Assembly: GCA_965656495.1 (NCBI GenBank)
Contig: CBFHKU010000001.1
Coordinates: 82,781-146,780, forward strand
Length of the DNA: 64,000 bases
Direction of reading: 5' to 3'
From: Coraliomargaritaceae bacterium
Lineage (GTDB): Bacteria; Verrucomicrobiota; Verrucomicrobiia; Opitutales; Coraliomargaritaceae
Positions 21,886 through 32,024 of the stretch are shown here, piece after piece (the first letter of the stretch is position 1; every line of letters begins with the position of its first letter). Made by a program: the position numbers and the translations under genes. Below the pieces are notes generated by a model. It saw only the letters and a program-made list of their open reading frames with translations, made no database searches and had not been told where the DNA came from.

Positions 21886-22014
21886 TATTTAAACGCAGAG
21901 GATGGGAGGGTAGGTTATATTTAAACACGGAGGATGGGAGGATTTATGTTCAAACACGGAGGATCGGAGGATGGGAGGATTTATGTTCAAACACGGAGGA
22001 TCGGAGGATGGGAG
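21886..22014. repeat. Short tandem repeat with a 37-bp unit (GGAGGATGGGAGGATTTATGTTCAAACACGGAGGATC), ~2.3 copies plus a degenerate copy
   Basis: GATTTATGTT at 21941 and 21978. Confidence 0.8.
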
Positions 22015-22026
22015 AGTGGCTATGTT

Positions 22027-23652
22027 TTAGGGTGAGCGGAGGAGCCAGCGTGCACAGAGAGCTTCGGGTTGATCGGGTGGGCCGTGCTGGGCGGCGATTT
22101 TGAGGAGTTCGCGGGTGGCGGGTGGATCGGCCTGGGCGAGGGGGCTGTGTGCCATGAAGAAGGCGATGGCGGCGATTTGTTGACGGGCGGCGGCGGGGGT
22201 GGGGGCTTTGCCGGCGGCATCGAGGAGGGCTTTGCGGGAGATTTTGCCCTCGCAGTAGCGGGTGAAATCGCTGGGGGCGGCGGTGGTGGGCTGGAGGTTG
22301 AGGAGGTAGGCGAGTTGGTGGGCGGTGGCGGGGGCGGCGGCCCCGGCTGCGGTTTGTTGGGCGAAGTAGTGTTGGAGGGATTGGCGTGCTTCGGGGCGTT
22401 GTTGGGTGGTGAATTGGAGGAGGGCGGTGAGGAGGGTGATTTCGTTTTGTTGGGGGAGTTGTTGGGCGGCGGCTTGAAGTTGGGCGGCGGCGGCGGGGAT
22501 TTGTTCGAGTTGGAGGAGGGTGAGTCCGCGGGCGTAGTGGAGGGCGGGGTTATGGGGGTCGAGTTGGTGGGCTTTTTCGTAGCCGGCAAGGGCGCCGTGG
22601 AGGTCGCGGATTTGCCTTAGGAGTCCGGCGCGAAGGGCGAGGGTGGGTGCCTGATCGGGTTGGAGGCGGAGGGATTGGTTGAAGGCGCTGAGGGCGAGGG
22701 CGGTGGCGTTGTTGAGCCGGTGGGCGCGTCCGAGGAGGTTCCATGCTTCGGTGCTGTTGTTGAGTTGGTTGAGGGTAAGGGCTTCGAGGAGGGTGATGGC
22801 GCGGGTAGCTTCGTCGTGCCGGAGGAGGGCGCGGGCGGCGGTGAGTGCTTCGTTGGTGCTTTCGGGGCGGAAGTCGGTATCGAAGGCTTTGAGGAGATCG
22901 GCGCGGGCTTCAGCGGGGCGGTTGAGGGCGTCGAGGCATTGACTGCGGTAGAAATAAAGGGAGGGGCTGAGGCGGTTGGCGCGGTTGGGTTGGGTTTCAA
23001 GGGCGGCTTCGAATTTTGCGCGGGCGCGGCCGATGCGACCGCGTGCGAAGGCGGTGCGTCCTTCGAGGTAGAGGGCGAGGTCGATGAGGGCGGGTTGTTG
23101 TGCGAGGGCGGGGATGAGTTGTTGGACGGACTGCCAGCGGTTGGCGGCGGCGTAAAGGGCGACGAGGGTGAGGGTGGCTTCGAGGTGGTGGGGGTGTTGA
23201 CTGGTGAGGGATTGGAGTTCGCGGATTGCGGCCTCGGTATCGCCAGAGCGGGCGAGGAGTTTGGCGTGGGCGAGGCGGAGGTCGGTATTAGCGGGGGCAT
23301 TGGGGTGGTTGTTGCTTTGGGCGAGGCTTTGTTGAATGGCTTGCAGGGTGCGATCTTTGGAGTGCTCCGGTTCTTGAAGGCTGGGCTTGAGGAGGATCTC
23401 GGCCTGCAAGGCGAGTGCTTGGGGATGGTGAGCATCGAGGCGAAGGATTTGATCGAGGGCGACTTGGGCAGCGCGGTGGTTTCCGGTGAGGAGGTGACCC
23501 TGTGCGAGTCCGAGGTACATTTGAATGCGGCTTTTTTGGGGTTCGGTATTGGCGGAGGCGGGGACGGGTGAGAGGCTCAAGAGGGTCGCAGCGAGGCATA
23601 AGCGTGCGATGCTTATGGGAGCGAGGCGGTGCCTGAAAGGGAGCGAGGGCAT
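22027..23652 (-). CDS. Secreted tetratricopeptide repeat protein
   Basis: N-terminal signal peptide and repeated TPR-like helices (AWNLLGRAH...AFNQSLRLQP; ALHYARGLTLL). Confidence 0.8.
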   Translation of the reverse strand: MPSLPFRHRLAPISIARLCLAATLLSLSPVPASANTEPQKSRIQMYLGLAQGHLLTGNHRAAQVALDQILRLDAHHPQALALQAEILLKPSLQEPEHSKDRTLQAIQQSLAQSNNHPNAPANTDLRLAHAKLLARSGDTEAAIRELQSLTSQHPHHLEATLTLVALYAAANRWQSVQQLIPALAQQPALIDLALYLEGRTAFARGRIGRARAKFEAALETQPNRANRLSPSLYFYRSQCLDALNRPAEARADLLKAFDTDFRPESTNEALTAARALLRHDEATRAITLLEALTLNQLNNSTEAWNLLGRAHRLNNATALALSAFNQSLRLQPDQAPTLALRAGLLRQIRDLHGALAGYEKAHQLDPHNPALHYARGLTLLQLEQIPAAAAQLQAAAQQLPQQNEITLLTALLQFTTQQRPEARQSLQHYFAQQTAAGAAAPATAHQLAYLLNLQPTTAAPSDFTRYCEGKISRKALLDAAGKAPTPAAARQQIAAIAFFMAHSPLAQADPPATRELLKIAAQHGPPDQPEALCARWLLRSP

Positions 23653-23780
23653 GATTTCGATGAGTGTGCAGGATTTTTGAGGGTGCTCTAGATAAAAAGA
23701 GGCGATGGGTATGAATCATTTTAGGGCTTGTATTTAAACAAAGTAGTGTATATTTGTTTTGTATATAACTTTAAAACATC

Positions 23781-26700
23781 ATGCGTAAAAAACACAAAAA
23801 GGGAATAATTTGGTTTATTAGTTTTATTTTTTATCAGGCTGTACAGGGGGTACCGGTTGGGCATGCGGACATTGCGCTGACAGTGACAAACACTGCGGTA
23901 GCAATACCGGTATTATTGAATGATGAGGGCAGTTCGGGCGGGGTTTTGGAGTTGGCAGCGATTGAGACGGACCCGCAGCACGGCACGCTTAGCTTTGATA
24001 GTGATGGGGTGGTTTATACGCCGAACGATGGTTTTGAGGGAATCGATCGCTTTAGTTACACTTTGGTGGAGGTGGTGCAAGGGGTGGAGAGTGAGGGTGT
24101 TGCAGTGGCGGTGGAGGTGGCGGTGAATGAGGCCTTGGATGTGGAGGCGACGCGGGATGCTTTGCTGGATGGGGTGAATGGTATCTATAGTGGGGGTTTG
24201 CCGACTCCGATTTATTCCTATGGGCCGAGTTCACTGGTAGTGACGCGTTATGGCGCGGAGTTGGATTCGGGTGCGATGGTGGTGGCTTCGACGTTGGGGG
24301 CAGGCCGGGTGGTAGCGGTTCCGTATGGGATGCCGGATATTGAATGGCACAAGGATAAGGCGGAGAGTGAAGTATTTTTTAAAAATATGCTGAAGTGGTT
24401 GCAGGGTGGGAGTGTGGATAAATCGGTGCGCATAAAAACGCGTATTGGACAGATACGGGATTGGTTAGTGAGGGAAGGGTATACAAATGTTACGCATATC
24501 AATGGAAATTTTACGGCTGCGTTGGTGGAAGATACGGATTTAATTTTAGGGCATATCGGTACTGGGGTTAGTGCGAGTGGGGTGGCTGCAATTGTGGAGG
24601 CGTTGTCGAATGGAATGGGTTTATACGTAGCAGAGTTTGGATTGGGTTATGACTGGTGGTGGAGCCGAGAGTTGTGGGAAGTGCCGATCAATCAAGTTTT
24701 GGAGTATAGTGGGGTGATTTATGCGAAGGATTGGTATAAAGCGGAAAAAATTTATGCGATTGAACGCCCGAGTGAGAATACGGGGTACTTGTCTTTTGAG
24801 TCGCAGTTGGCGGTTGTCGAGGATTCGGCGAGCGCAACGGTTGAGGACAAGGCGCATACGATGGATTGTATGCCGGTGTTGTTGCGTGGGTTGGATTTGA
24901 ATTCATTGATGCGTGCTCGGTTGATCGCTTCGTCAAAAGCGGGTTATCAGAGTTTGATGCCGAGTCGTACGAATCCGATTGATGATGCTTTTGATAAGTT
25001 TTTGCTGGAGATGGAATCGGATGTTTTGCAACGCGAGGGGATCGATGAAATCGAGAAGCATCGGATGGCGGATACGTGGTATGGCGCGGTTCCGGATGAT
25101 GCGGATCGTAGTCATAAAGTGGTGGAGTTGGATTTGGAACGGGCGCGTTGGCGTCCGCTGGGGATGTATGCGCCTCCGGGTGAGGTGGTGACTCTGGAGT
25201 TTCCGGCGGAGTTGGTGGGTCGGGGGTATCGGGTTTTGGTGAGTCCGCATGCGGATGATATAACGCGGCGTGCGGTGTGGTACCGGATTCCGGAGGTGCA
25301 ACGTAGTTATGCGATGGATACAAGCACGCTGGAAGTGGGTTCTGCTTTTGGAGGTAGTTTATTTGTGGATTTGGGTGAAACGATTCCGGGAGGAGGAACG
25401 GTTCAAGTAGGAGTGAGCGGAGCGGTGGAGCAGGCGTATTTTATTTTAGGGAAGCATCGGAATTCGGACTGGAACACGGAATTAAAGCATCGACCTGCGC
25501 CGTATGGGATTATTGAAGGGCCGAGTTTCATATTGCATGATCGGATGGATCTGGATCCGTATGCGAAGGGTAAGGATTTGGTGGATGCGGAACATTTGGC
25601 GGGTTTTTGGAACCGTATGGTGGAGATGGAGGATTGGTTGAATACCAAATTTGAGAATGGGCGGACGTATGCGGAGTTGATGAACCGGGACTACCAAATT
25701 TCGGCGGGGTATGCGCATGCGGGTTATCCGTATCAGGTGGAATGGAATTGGGTGCCGGATCCCTTTGATGTGGAGTTTCTTCGTAAACGGGGTGCGTGGG
25801 GAGACTTCCACGAGGTGGGTCATAATCATCAAGATGGTTGGTGGACGCGAACGATGGAAACAGAGGTGACGGTGAATGTTTTTTCAAATTATATTATGGA
25901 AGCTTTAGTGACGGATTCAACGGAGTGGTCGGTTGTGCCGGCACAAGTCTGGAGTCGAGCGTTGGGGGCCCATGAAGCCGGGGAAAGTTATGAGGCGATG
26001 GATGTGTGGGAGCGTCTCTGTTTTTATCTAATCCTGGCGGACCAATTTGGCTGGGAGGCGTTTCATGAATTTTATGGGAGTTATCGAGCGGACAATAAGG
26101 ATAATCCCGATGCCCTGCCGAGTGGGGATGCGGAGGAGCTGGATCAGGTTTTGACGCGGTTCTCAAGGATTGTTGGGCGCGACATTTCTCCGTTTATGAA
26201 TGATTATGGTATGTTTCCATCAACTGCGGCGAAGGATGCGGTGAGTGATTTAGAGGGATGGAACCCGTTCGATTTATATGTGGTGCCGGATGCCTTGAAT
26301 CCAGAAATTGGGAGTACGATTCAGGTGCATGTGTATGTCCCTGAAGCGACTACAAGCGTAAGTTTAGAAGTGGATGGGGTTCCTGTAGCGCTCAATGCAG
26401 TTTCGTCAAAACACTATAGTTGTGATTTGGTTTGCGATACCTTGGGTGCGGTGATGTTGGAGGCGGTTTTGGATAACGGACTTAAGGAAACGCAAACCGT
26501 GACGGTGGTTGCGGTGGATGTGGATGTGGATGACGATGGGATGACGGATACCTGGGAAGCGGCGCATGATTTGAATACTCTATGGGATGATACCGCGTTG
26601 GATTGGGATAAGGACGGGCTCAGTAATCTTGAGGAATTTATTGCAGGGAGTGATCCGCAAGACTTGGGTTCTTTTTTTAAGACGACCCTTGAAAATATGG

Positions 26701-26894
26701 ACGGAACAACACTCTCGTTGAGTTGCCCAAGCATTGCAGGACGCTCGTATCAATTATACCGCAGTGATGATTTGATAGATTGGGTGCCGTATGGGGCTGC
26801 GCAAAATTCAAACCCCCCAAAGAATAGCTTTGCGATACCGATGGATCCCTCCGAGGGAGATAAGTTTTTTTACCGCATTGAGGTGAGTCAGTGA
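23781..26894 (+). CDS. Secreted M60-family (enhancin/mucinase-like) zinc metallopeptidase with N-terminal Ig-like domain
   Basis: DYQISAGYAHAGYP, WGDFHEVGHNHQ (HExxH) and ETEVTVNVFS; Big_9-like VLLND...YTPNDGFEGIDRFSY; C-terminal DKDGLSNLEEFIAGSDP...FFYRIEV. Confidence 0.85.
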   Translation: MRKKHKKGIIWFISFIFYQAVQGVPVGHADIALTVTNTAVAIPVLLNDEGSSGGVLELAAIETDPQHGTLSFDSDGVVYTPNDGFEGIDRFSYTLVEVVQGVESEGVAVAVEVAVNEALDVEATRDALLDGVNGIYSGGLPTPIYSYGPSSLVVTRYGAELDSGAMVVASTLGAGRVVAVPYGMPDIEWHKDKAESEVFFKNMLKWLQGGSVDKSVRIKTRIGQIRDWLVREGYTNVTHINGNFTAALVEDTDLILGHIGTGVSASGVAAIVEALSNGMGLYVAEFGLGYDWWWSRELWEVPINQVLEYSGVIYAKDWYKAEKIYAIERPSENTGYLSFESQLAVVEDSASATVEDKAHTMDCMPVLLRGLDLNSLMRARLIASSKAGYQSLMPSRTNPIDDAFDKFLLEMESDVLQREGIDEIEKHRMADTWYGAVPDDADRSHKVVELDLERARWRPLGMYAPPGEVVTLEFPAELVGRGYRVLVSPHADDITRRAVWYRIPEVQRSYAMDTSTLEVGSAFGGSLFVDLGETIPGGGTVQVGVSGAVEQAYFILGKHRNSDWNTELKHRPAPYGIIEGPSFILHDRMDLDPYAKGKDLVDAEHLAGFWNRMVEMEDWLNTKFENGRTYAELMNRDYQISAGYAHAGYPYQVEWNWVPDPFDVEFLRKRGAWGDFHEVGHNHQDGWWTRTMETEVTVNVFSNYIMEALVTDSTEWSVVPAQVWSRALGAHEAGESYEAMDVWERLCFYLILADQFGWEAFHEFYGSYRADNKDNPDALPSGDAEELDQVLTRFSRIVGRDISPFMNDYGMFPSTAAKDAVSDLEGWNPFDLYVVPDALNPEIGSTIQVHVYVPEATTSVSLEVDGVPVALNAVSSKHYSCDLVCDTLGAVMLEAVLDNGLKETQTVTVVAVDVDVDDDGMTDTWEAAHDLNTLWDDTALDWDKDGLSNLEEFIAGSDPQDLGSFFKTTLENMDGTTLSLSCPSIAGRSYQLYRSDDLIDWVPYGAAQNSNPPKNSFAIPMDPSEGDKFFYRIEVSQ

Positions 26895-26907
26895 GGGTAG
26901 CTTGAAT

Positions 26908-26977
26908 TGCGTTCTCATCCCGCGCCTTCGGGGTAGAGTGTTTTGACTGCGTCAAAAATGGCGGAGAAGGCGGGATT
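26908..26977. repeat. Duplicate of the tRNA-Ser 3' end plus trailer (70 bp, identical to 27017-27086)
   Basis: Direct repeat, offset 109 bp. Confidence 0.9.
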
Positions 26978-27067
26978 GCTGCGCCCTCTTCAGTCGCGTT
27001 GCTCCTTGCGTCGAACTGCGTTCTCATCCCGCGCCTTCGGGGTAGAGTGTTTTGACTGCGTCAAAAA

Positions 27068-27166
<99 letters not shown>

Positions 27167-27328
27167 CTGAATAAATAAGCAATTGGAGCGTTGGAGTTCA
27201 ACCATAAAGTTGTGTCATGGTGTGCGAAGTTCGGCCATTGTTCGCTCGCTGCCCGGAGGGCACCCGCTCGCTCACCCCTGCGGGGCAAAAGCCCTTGGCT
27301 TTTACCATCTCCGCGCGTTTGCGCGTCG

Positions 27329-27396
27329 TCAGCCACTTCTCCCTGCCAGACTGAATAAGTAAGCAATTGGAGCGTTGGAGTTCAGCCATAAAGTTG
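27329..27396. repeat. Duplicate of the tRNA-Ser 5' end plus upstream leader (68 bp, 2 mismatches vs 27145-27212)
   Basis: Direct repeat, offset 184 bp. Confidence 0.9.
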
Positions 27397-27464
27397 AGGC
27401 TTCGCTTGAAGAAGGATTCCTCCTTTCTGCTTTACGCGGGTGCGGGCAGGGCTAGTTTCGGGGC

Positions 27465-28250
27465 ATGTCTGCTACTGTATTTACGATTGCGAATCAAAAA
27501 GGGGGGGTGGGGAAGACCACCACCGCGATCAATTTGTGTTATGCGCTTGCGGAGCGTGGTGTGCGGACGGTGCTGGTGGATCTGGATCCACAGGCGAACG
27601 CCACGAGTGGGCTGGGTCTTGAAAAATATGAAGGGGCGAGTCTTTACGGGCCGCTGTGTGGTGAGGGGACTGCGCTGGAGAAAGTGCAACCGGTCGGTGC
27701 GAGCGGGAATTTGTTTTTGATTCCTTCGGAGGTCGATATGGCGGCGATCGAAATTGAATTGGTGCAACGTGAAAATTATTTGCTGCAGTTGCGGGAAGTG
27801 CTGGCGCCGCTGCGCGCTTCGGGTGATTTCGATGCGGTGGTGCTGGATTGTCCACCGGCTTTGGGGATGCTCTCGATGAACAGCCTCGCGGCGGCGGATT
27901 ATTTGTTGATTGCGTTGCAGTGCGAATACCTCGCGATGGAGGGCTTGGGGCAGATTTTGAAAGTGGTTGAGAAGTTGCGCGATGCCGGGGTGAATGACGG
28001 GATTGAGCTGGGTGGAATCCTGATGACGATGTTTGATCAACGCACCAATCTGGCGCACCAGGTGGTGGGCGAGGTGCGGAACCATTTTGATGAGTTGGTC
28101 TTCCGCAGTATGATTCCACGGTCGATTCGCTTGAGCGAGGCGCCGAGTTTCGGGCAGTCGATTTTTGAATATGACCCGAATTGCAACGGGGCACATGCCT
28201 ACGGTTATTTTGCGGATGAGGTGATCGAGCGGTTTAAACTCCGGGATTAG
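27465..28250 (+). CDS. parA: ParA/Soj family ATPase
   Basis: ANQKGGVGKTTT, DLDPQANAT, DCPPALG, QCEYLAMEG, IPRSIRLSEAPSFG. Confidence 0.93.
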   Translation: MSATVFTIANQKGGVGKTTTAINLCYALAERGVRTVLVDLDPQANATSGLGLEKYEGASLYGPLCGEGTALEKVQPVGASGNLFLIPSEVDMAAIEIELVQRENYLLQLREVLAPLRASGDFDAVVLDCPPALGMLSMNSLAAADYLLIALQCEYLAMEGLGQILKVVEKLRDAGVNDGIELGGILMTMFDQRTNLAHQVVGEVRNHFDELVFRSMIPRSIRLSEAPSFGQSIFEYDPNCNGAHAYGYFADEVIERFKLRD

Positions 28251-29248
28251 GGGCGCGTTTAATTGGTGATACCGAGGGTATTGGTCGCAAGGCAGGCGGC
28301 AGTGAGGTCTAGGTTTCTGGAATTTATTTGCTTTTTATATGATATGGGTAAATAGTTTACTTTGTAAATATAACCAGAGGAACCAATTATGAATATAAGT
28401 AAAGCGGTGTTAGTGGTGGATTGTGGCTTAACACTTAAAGACGAGCTGGTGGTAGGCTGCACCGATGGGGATCGACAGCTTCCCGACAGTTTGGACTATC
28501 CCCTTTTCTCGGGCTTCTTGGGCAGTGAGGAACGAGGCTTCCAGAAAGAGTGCAAGGAGTTCCTTGGTCTCAATCTTACTGCGTTCGGCGATGATATTTG
28601 CGATGAGGGTTTGGTCACTGCGTATGCTTTTTAGAGCCTCGTTCAGGTCTTTTTCCTCAACTCTTCTTCCGGCGGCGACCTGCTGTCCAACGCCATGAAA
28701 CATGAACCTTGAGTGCGGACAGGCGTAGCGGTGATCCCCTGCAAGGTAGATTACGTTTCCAATGGAATCAACATTGCTGGTGTTATAGGTGCTGACGGTG
28801 ATTGGCAGTGCGCGAAGGGTGTTGTAAATGTTGATGCCGCAGGAAACTTGCCCACCCGGACTCGAAATGAGCAAATGAATATGCTTTGTCCCGCGTTGAA
28901 CAAAGTTGCCGATAGTCGATAAGAGACCTTGCGTGGTGTTTGGATTTACATCGGATGAAAATGAAAGATAGACCTCTTCAGGAGTCGCTTGTTTAATTGG
29001 GTTCATTGATTTACGATATAGGCTATAAGCCTTCTATTTGTCAAATAAACCTTTCGCTTTGGAGAACGCGCAAGCGATTAGTTGACAGTCCTTAAGTGTA
29101 CCTATTGCTTCTTTTTGATGTGGAAGGAACCGGTGAGTTTTGGGGTTTTAGTGCTTAAGAACCATTGTGGTGCATGGTTTGAGACTTACGCTATAAGGGC
29201 GGATGCGGTGATCGAGCGGTTTAAACTCCGGGGCTAGGAGCGCGTTTA
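28212..29248. mobile_element. ~1-kb AT-richer islet bounded by 50-bp direct repeats of the parA 3' end
   Basis: GCGGATGAGGTGATCGAGCGGTTTAAACTCCGGGATTAGGGGCGCGTTTA (28212-28261) vs GCGGATGCGGTGATCGAGCGGTTTAAACTCCGGGGCTAGGAGCGCGTTTA (29199-29248). Confidence 0.75.
28428..29006 (-). CDS. Divergent ClpP-like (S14) serine protease
   Basis: IHLLISSPGGQV, VDSIG (catalytic Ser position), RFMFHG (His), FLTAQEAREKGIV. Confidence 0.82.
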   Translation of the reverse strand: MNPIKQATPEEVYLSFSSDVNPNTTQGLLSTIGNFVQRGTKHIHLLISSPGGQVSCGINIYNTLRALPITVSTYNTSNVDSIGNVIYLAGDHRYACPHSRFMFHGVGQQVAAGRRVEEKDLNEALKSIRSDQTLIANIIAERSKIETKELLALFLEASFLTAQEAREKGIVQTVGKLSIPIGAAYHQLVFKC

Positions 29249-30171
29249 TGGCAGATACAAATGCGGCGGAACATCCCGATTTGGTGGGATTTTGTGCGCA
29301 TTTAAAATTGGAGCGGCGGGTCTCGGATTACACTTTGCGGAATTACCGTCAGGCGGGGGAACGCTTCGTGGAGTGGCTCGGTGGGCAGGAGGCGTGGACG
29401 GGGGATTTTGCGGTGGTGAACGCGCGGCAGGCGCGTTCGTATTTGGTGGAATTGCGGCGCGATTTGGGGCGGCGAACGATTCATAATCACGTCTCGGGTT
29501 TGCGAGGGCTGTATCGTTTCCTGCGGGAACAGGGCAAGGCGGATTCGAATCCCTTTGACGGGGTGAATTTGCCGAAGCTGGAAAAACCGCTCCCGAAGTT
29601 TTTAACGGAGACCCAGATGCGGGCCTTACTGGAAGCACCGGCGAAGTTGTATCAGGCGGGCGAGATGGATGATTTCACGGCCTTGCGTGACAGTGTGATT
29701 TTAGAGCTGCTCTACGGCGGCGGTTTGCGGGTCAGTGAATTGTGTGAGTTGAATCTCGGGCAGATCGACCTGGAACAGGGGGTGGCGCGGGTGCTGGGCA
29801 AGGGCGGGAAGGAACGATTGTGTCCGCTGGGCCGGGTGGCCTTGGAATGTTTGCGGCGGTTTTTGGACTTGAGCGGCGCGTCGATGGATGCGGCGGCACC
29901 GGCGGTTTTCACAGGAAAAGGCAAACGTCTGAAGCCCGCGCAGGTGCAGCGTCTCCTGAAGACGCACCTCAAAGCGGCGGGGCTTCCGCTCGATATGACC
30001 CCGCACAAATTGCGGCATAGTTTCGCGACGCATTTGCTCGACCACGGTGCCGATCTGCGCTCCGTGCAAGAACTCCTCGGTCACGCCAGTCTTTCAACCA
30101 CGCAGGTCTACACCCACGTTTCGGTCGCCCGCTTAAAAGAAGCGCACCGCCAGGCGCATCCAAGGGCTTAG
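29248..30171 (+). CDS. xerC: Tyrosine recombinase XerC
   Basis: LLYGGGLRVSEL, GKGGKER, PHKLRHSFATHLL, QELLGHASLSTTQVYTHV. Confidence 0.9.
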   Translation: MADTNAAEHPDLVGFCAHLKLERRVSDYTLRNYRQAGERFVEWLGGQEAWTGDFAVVNARQARSYLVELRRDLGRRTIHNHVSGLRGLYRFLREQGKADSNPFDGVNLPKLEKPLPKFLTETQMRALLEAPAKLYQAGEMDDFTALRDSVILELLYGGGLRVSELCELNLGQIDLEQGVARVLGKGGKERLCPLGRVALECLRRFLDLSGASMDAAAPAVFTGKGKRLKPAQVQRLLKTHLKAAGLPLDMTPHKLRHSFATHLLDHGADLRSVQELLGHASLSTTQVYTHVSVARLKEAHRQAHPRA

Positions 30172-32024
30172 CTTTTTGCCTGAGCAAACTGGCTGCGCCA
30201 AAATTTGAAGGGCAGGAGGGCGAGGGCGATGCAGAGGAGTTGGCTGAGGGCGAAGGCGCACATCCAGAGGAAGCCGCTGTCGGTGAAGCCGTAGGAGTGG
30301 AGTCCGACTCCGAGGAGGTTGGTGCCGAACCAGGACCAGGCGGTGATGATGTTGCCGAGGATGGCGAGTGCCATGATGCCGCGTTCGCGTACCAGTCCGC
30401 CCCAGCGGGCGTGGAGGGTGATGGCGCACATGATGACGATCATGAGGGCGCCGTTTTCTTTGGGGTCCCAACCCCAGAAGCGGCCCCAGCTTTGGTCGGC
30501 CCAGATGCCGCCGAGGATGGTACCGACGAGGCTGAAGAGGGCGGCAAAACAGGTGATGCCGTAAACCATCCCGGCGAGGGAACGGGCGGCGGGTTTGTCA
30601 AAGCCGCGCCGGAGGATTCCGAGGAAGGTGAAGGCGATGGCAAGGGCTCCGGCGAAGAACATGGCGGAGTAGCCGAGGGTGATGATGACGACGTGGGTCG
30701 CGAGCCAGAAGTTGGAGTCGAGGACGGCGCGCATCATCTCAAGGGTGTCGCCGGTCATAGCGAGGTGGTGGGCAATGATGAGGGTGGCGAATCCGACGAG
30801 GGCGGCCATGGCGGCACCGACGCCGTTGCGATTGAAGCGTTCGAGGAAGGCGCCGAGGAGGACGGCGCCCCAACCGACGAAGACGGCGGAGGAGTAGAGG
30901 TTGGTGACGGGTGGGCGGTCCTGAATATACATGCGTGCCGCGAGTCCAAAGGTGTGGAGGGCAAAGGCGAGGCAGAGGGTCCAGAAAGCGGCGTTGCCGA
31001 GGGCCTGGGGCCAGCGGAGCCAGGAGATGCAAACAAAGAGGAAGACGAGGATGTAAAGCTCGATGGCGATGGCGAAGGGTTTGTAGCCGTTGAAGACGCG
31101 TTCGAAATGGACGCGTCCGATATCGTCGGGGAAATCGGCAGTGACGCGTTCTTTAACTTGGGTGAGGGTCTTATTGAAGGTCTCAGCGTCGCCGGCGCGG
31201 TATGCCATGATGAGGCTGGCGTAGCTCATGGCGTAGGGGCTGAGTTGTCCGGTCTGGATGACGTTGAGGAGTTCGTCGCCAAGGTTCAGCCAATCATCCA
31301 TGGGATCGACGGGGGCGGGTGGTGGGATGACGCGGAGGTGGGCGGTCTGGGAAAGGCGGAGGTAGTCCTCGCCGTAGCCGAGGAAGTTTTTGACGAGGGC
31401 GGCATTGTATTCTTCGCCGGCCTGTTGTTTGCGGAGTTCCGCCATGGCGGGCTGGAGGAGGCTGAGGTAGCTGCGGTATTCATCGGCGAGTTGGTCCAAG
31501 CGCTGGGGGTCTCCGATGGGATGGAGGGAATGCATGACGCGGTGGTAGAGGCTGAGCCCGTTATTGAGCTCGGCGATCTGGCGTTGGTAGGCGTCGCGTT
31601 TTTTCGGCTCGGGGTCGATCTCGCGGAACTGTTGATTGATGGTCTCGAAGTGGGGGCGGAGGTCGTTGAAGGAGTAGTGGCGCTTGCCCGGTTGGGCGAG
31701 GCCTTCGAGTCCGAGGTCATCGGGGAATTCAATTTTAAAGACGGGGTGGGTGTCGGCGTGCTCGGGTCGCATGGTGAGGTCGAGGAACCATTCGATCGGG
31801 CTGAGGGTTTGACCGTCGAGGGTTTCAACTTTTTGTCGGGCGGCGAGGACGAGGAGGGTATTGCGTGCGACGGAATCGAGGGGTTTGATGCGCCCGCCGA
31901 CCTGCACGGGGAGTTCCGCAAAACCCGCGAGGTCATAGCCCGAGTCCTGTGCGGCGGGGCGCAGGTAACGACCGAGGACTAAAAGGACGAGGAGCGCGGC
32001 GAGACTGTAGATGATTTTCTTCAC
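30168..32024 (-). CDS. ccsA: Cytochrome c biogenesis protein CcsA/ResC (system II)
   Basis: WWD domain GGIWADQSWGRFWGWDPKE, WLATHV, GLHSYG. The GTG start overlaps the resB stop. Confidence 0.9.
   Translation of the reverse strand: MKKIIYSLAALLVLLVLGRYLRPAAQDSGYDLAGFAELPVQVGGRIKPLDSVARNTLLVLAARQKVETLDGQTLSPIEWFLDLTMRPEHADTHPVFKIEFPDDLGLEGLAQPGKRHYSFNDLRPHFETINQQFREIDPEPKKRDAYQRQIAELNNGLSLYHRVMHSLHPIGDPQRLDQLADEYRSYLSLLQPAMAELRKQQAGEEYNAALVKNFLGYGEDYLRLSQTAHLRVIPPPAPVDPMDDWLNLGDELLNVIQTGQLSPYAMSYASLIMAYRAGDAETFNKTLTQVKERVTADFPDDIGRVHFERVFNGYKPFAIAIELYILVFLFVCISWLRWPQALGNAAFWTLCLAFALHTFGLAARMYIQDRPPVTNLYSSAVFVGWGAVLLGAFLERFNRNGVGAAMAALVGFATLIIAHHLAMTGDTLEMMRAVLDSNFWLATHVVIITLGYSAMFFAGALAIAFTFLGILRRGFDKPAARSLAGMVYGITCFAALFSLVGTILGGIWADQSWGRFWGWDPKENGALMIVIMCAITLHARWGGLVRERGIMALAILGNIITAWSWFGTNLLGVGLHSYGFTDSGFLWMCAFALSQLLCIALALLPFKFWRSQFAQAKS

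Noticed and set aside
21886..22014. Possible CRISPR array (37-bp unit)
   Set aside because: The units are contiguous with no unique spacers, and there are no cas genes in the window.
22027..26977. TPR + M60 genes as an island integrated at tRNA-Ser
   Set aside because: The only tRNA 3' duplicate is 109 bp from the tRNA, so these genes are not enclosed by att repeats, and no integrase is present.
28259..28462. 67-aa ORF downstream of the ClpP-like gene as a partner protein
   Set aside because: It overlaps the ClpP-like gene's end, has no SD or motif, and cannot be supported from the sequence alone.
29248..30171. XerC as the islet's own integrase, or an integron integrase
   Set aside because: It looks like housekeeping XerC, lies outside the direct repeats, lacks an obvious IntI insertion, and I found no convincing dif/attC site.
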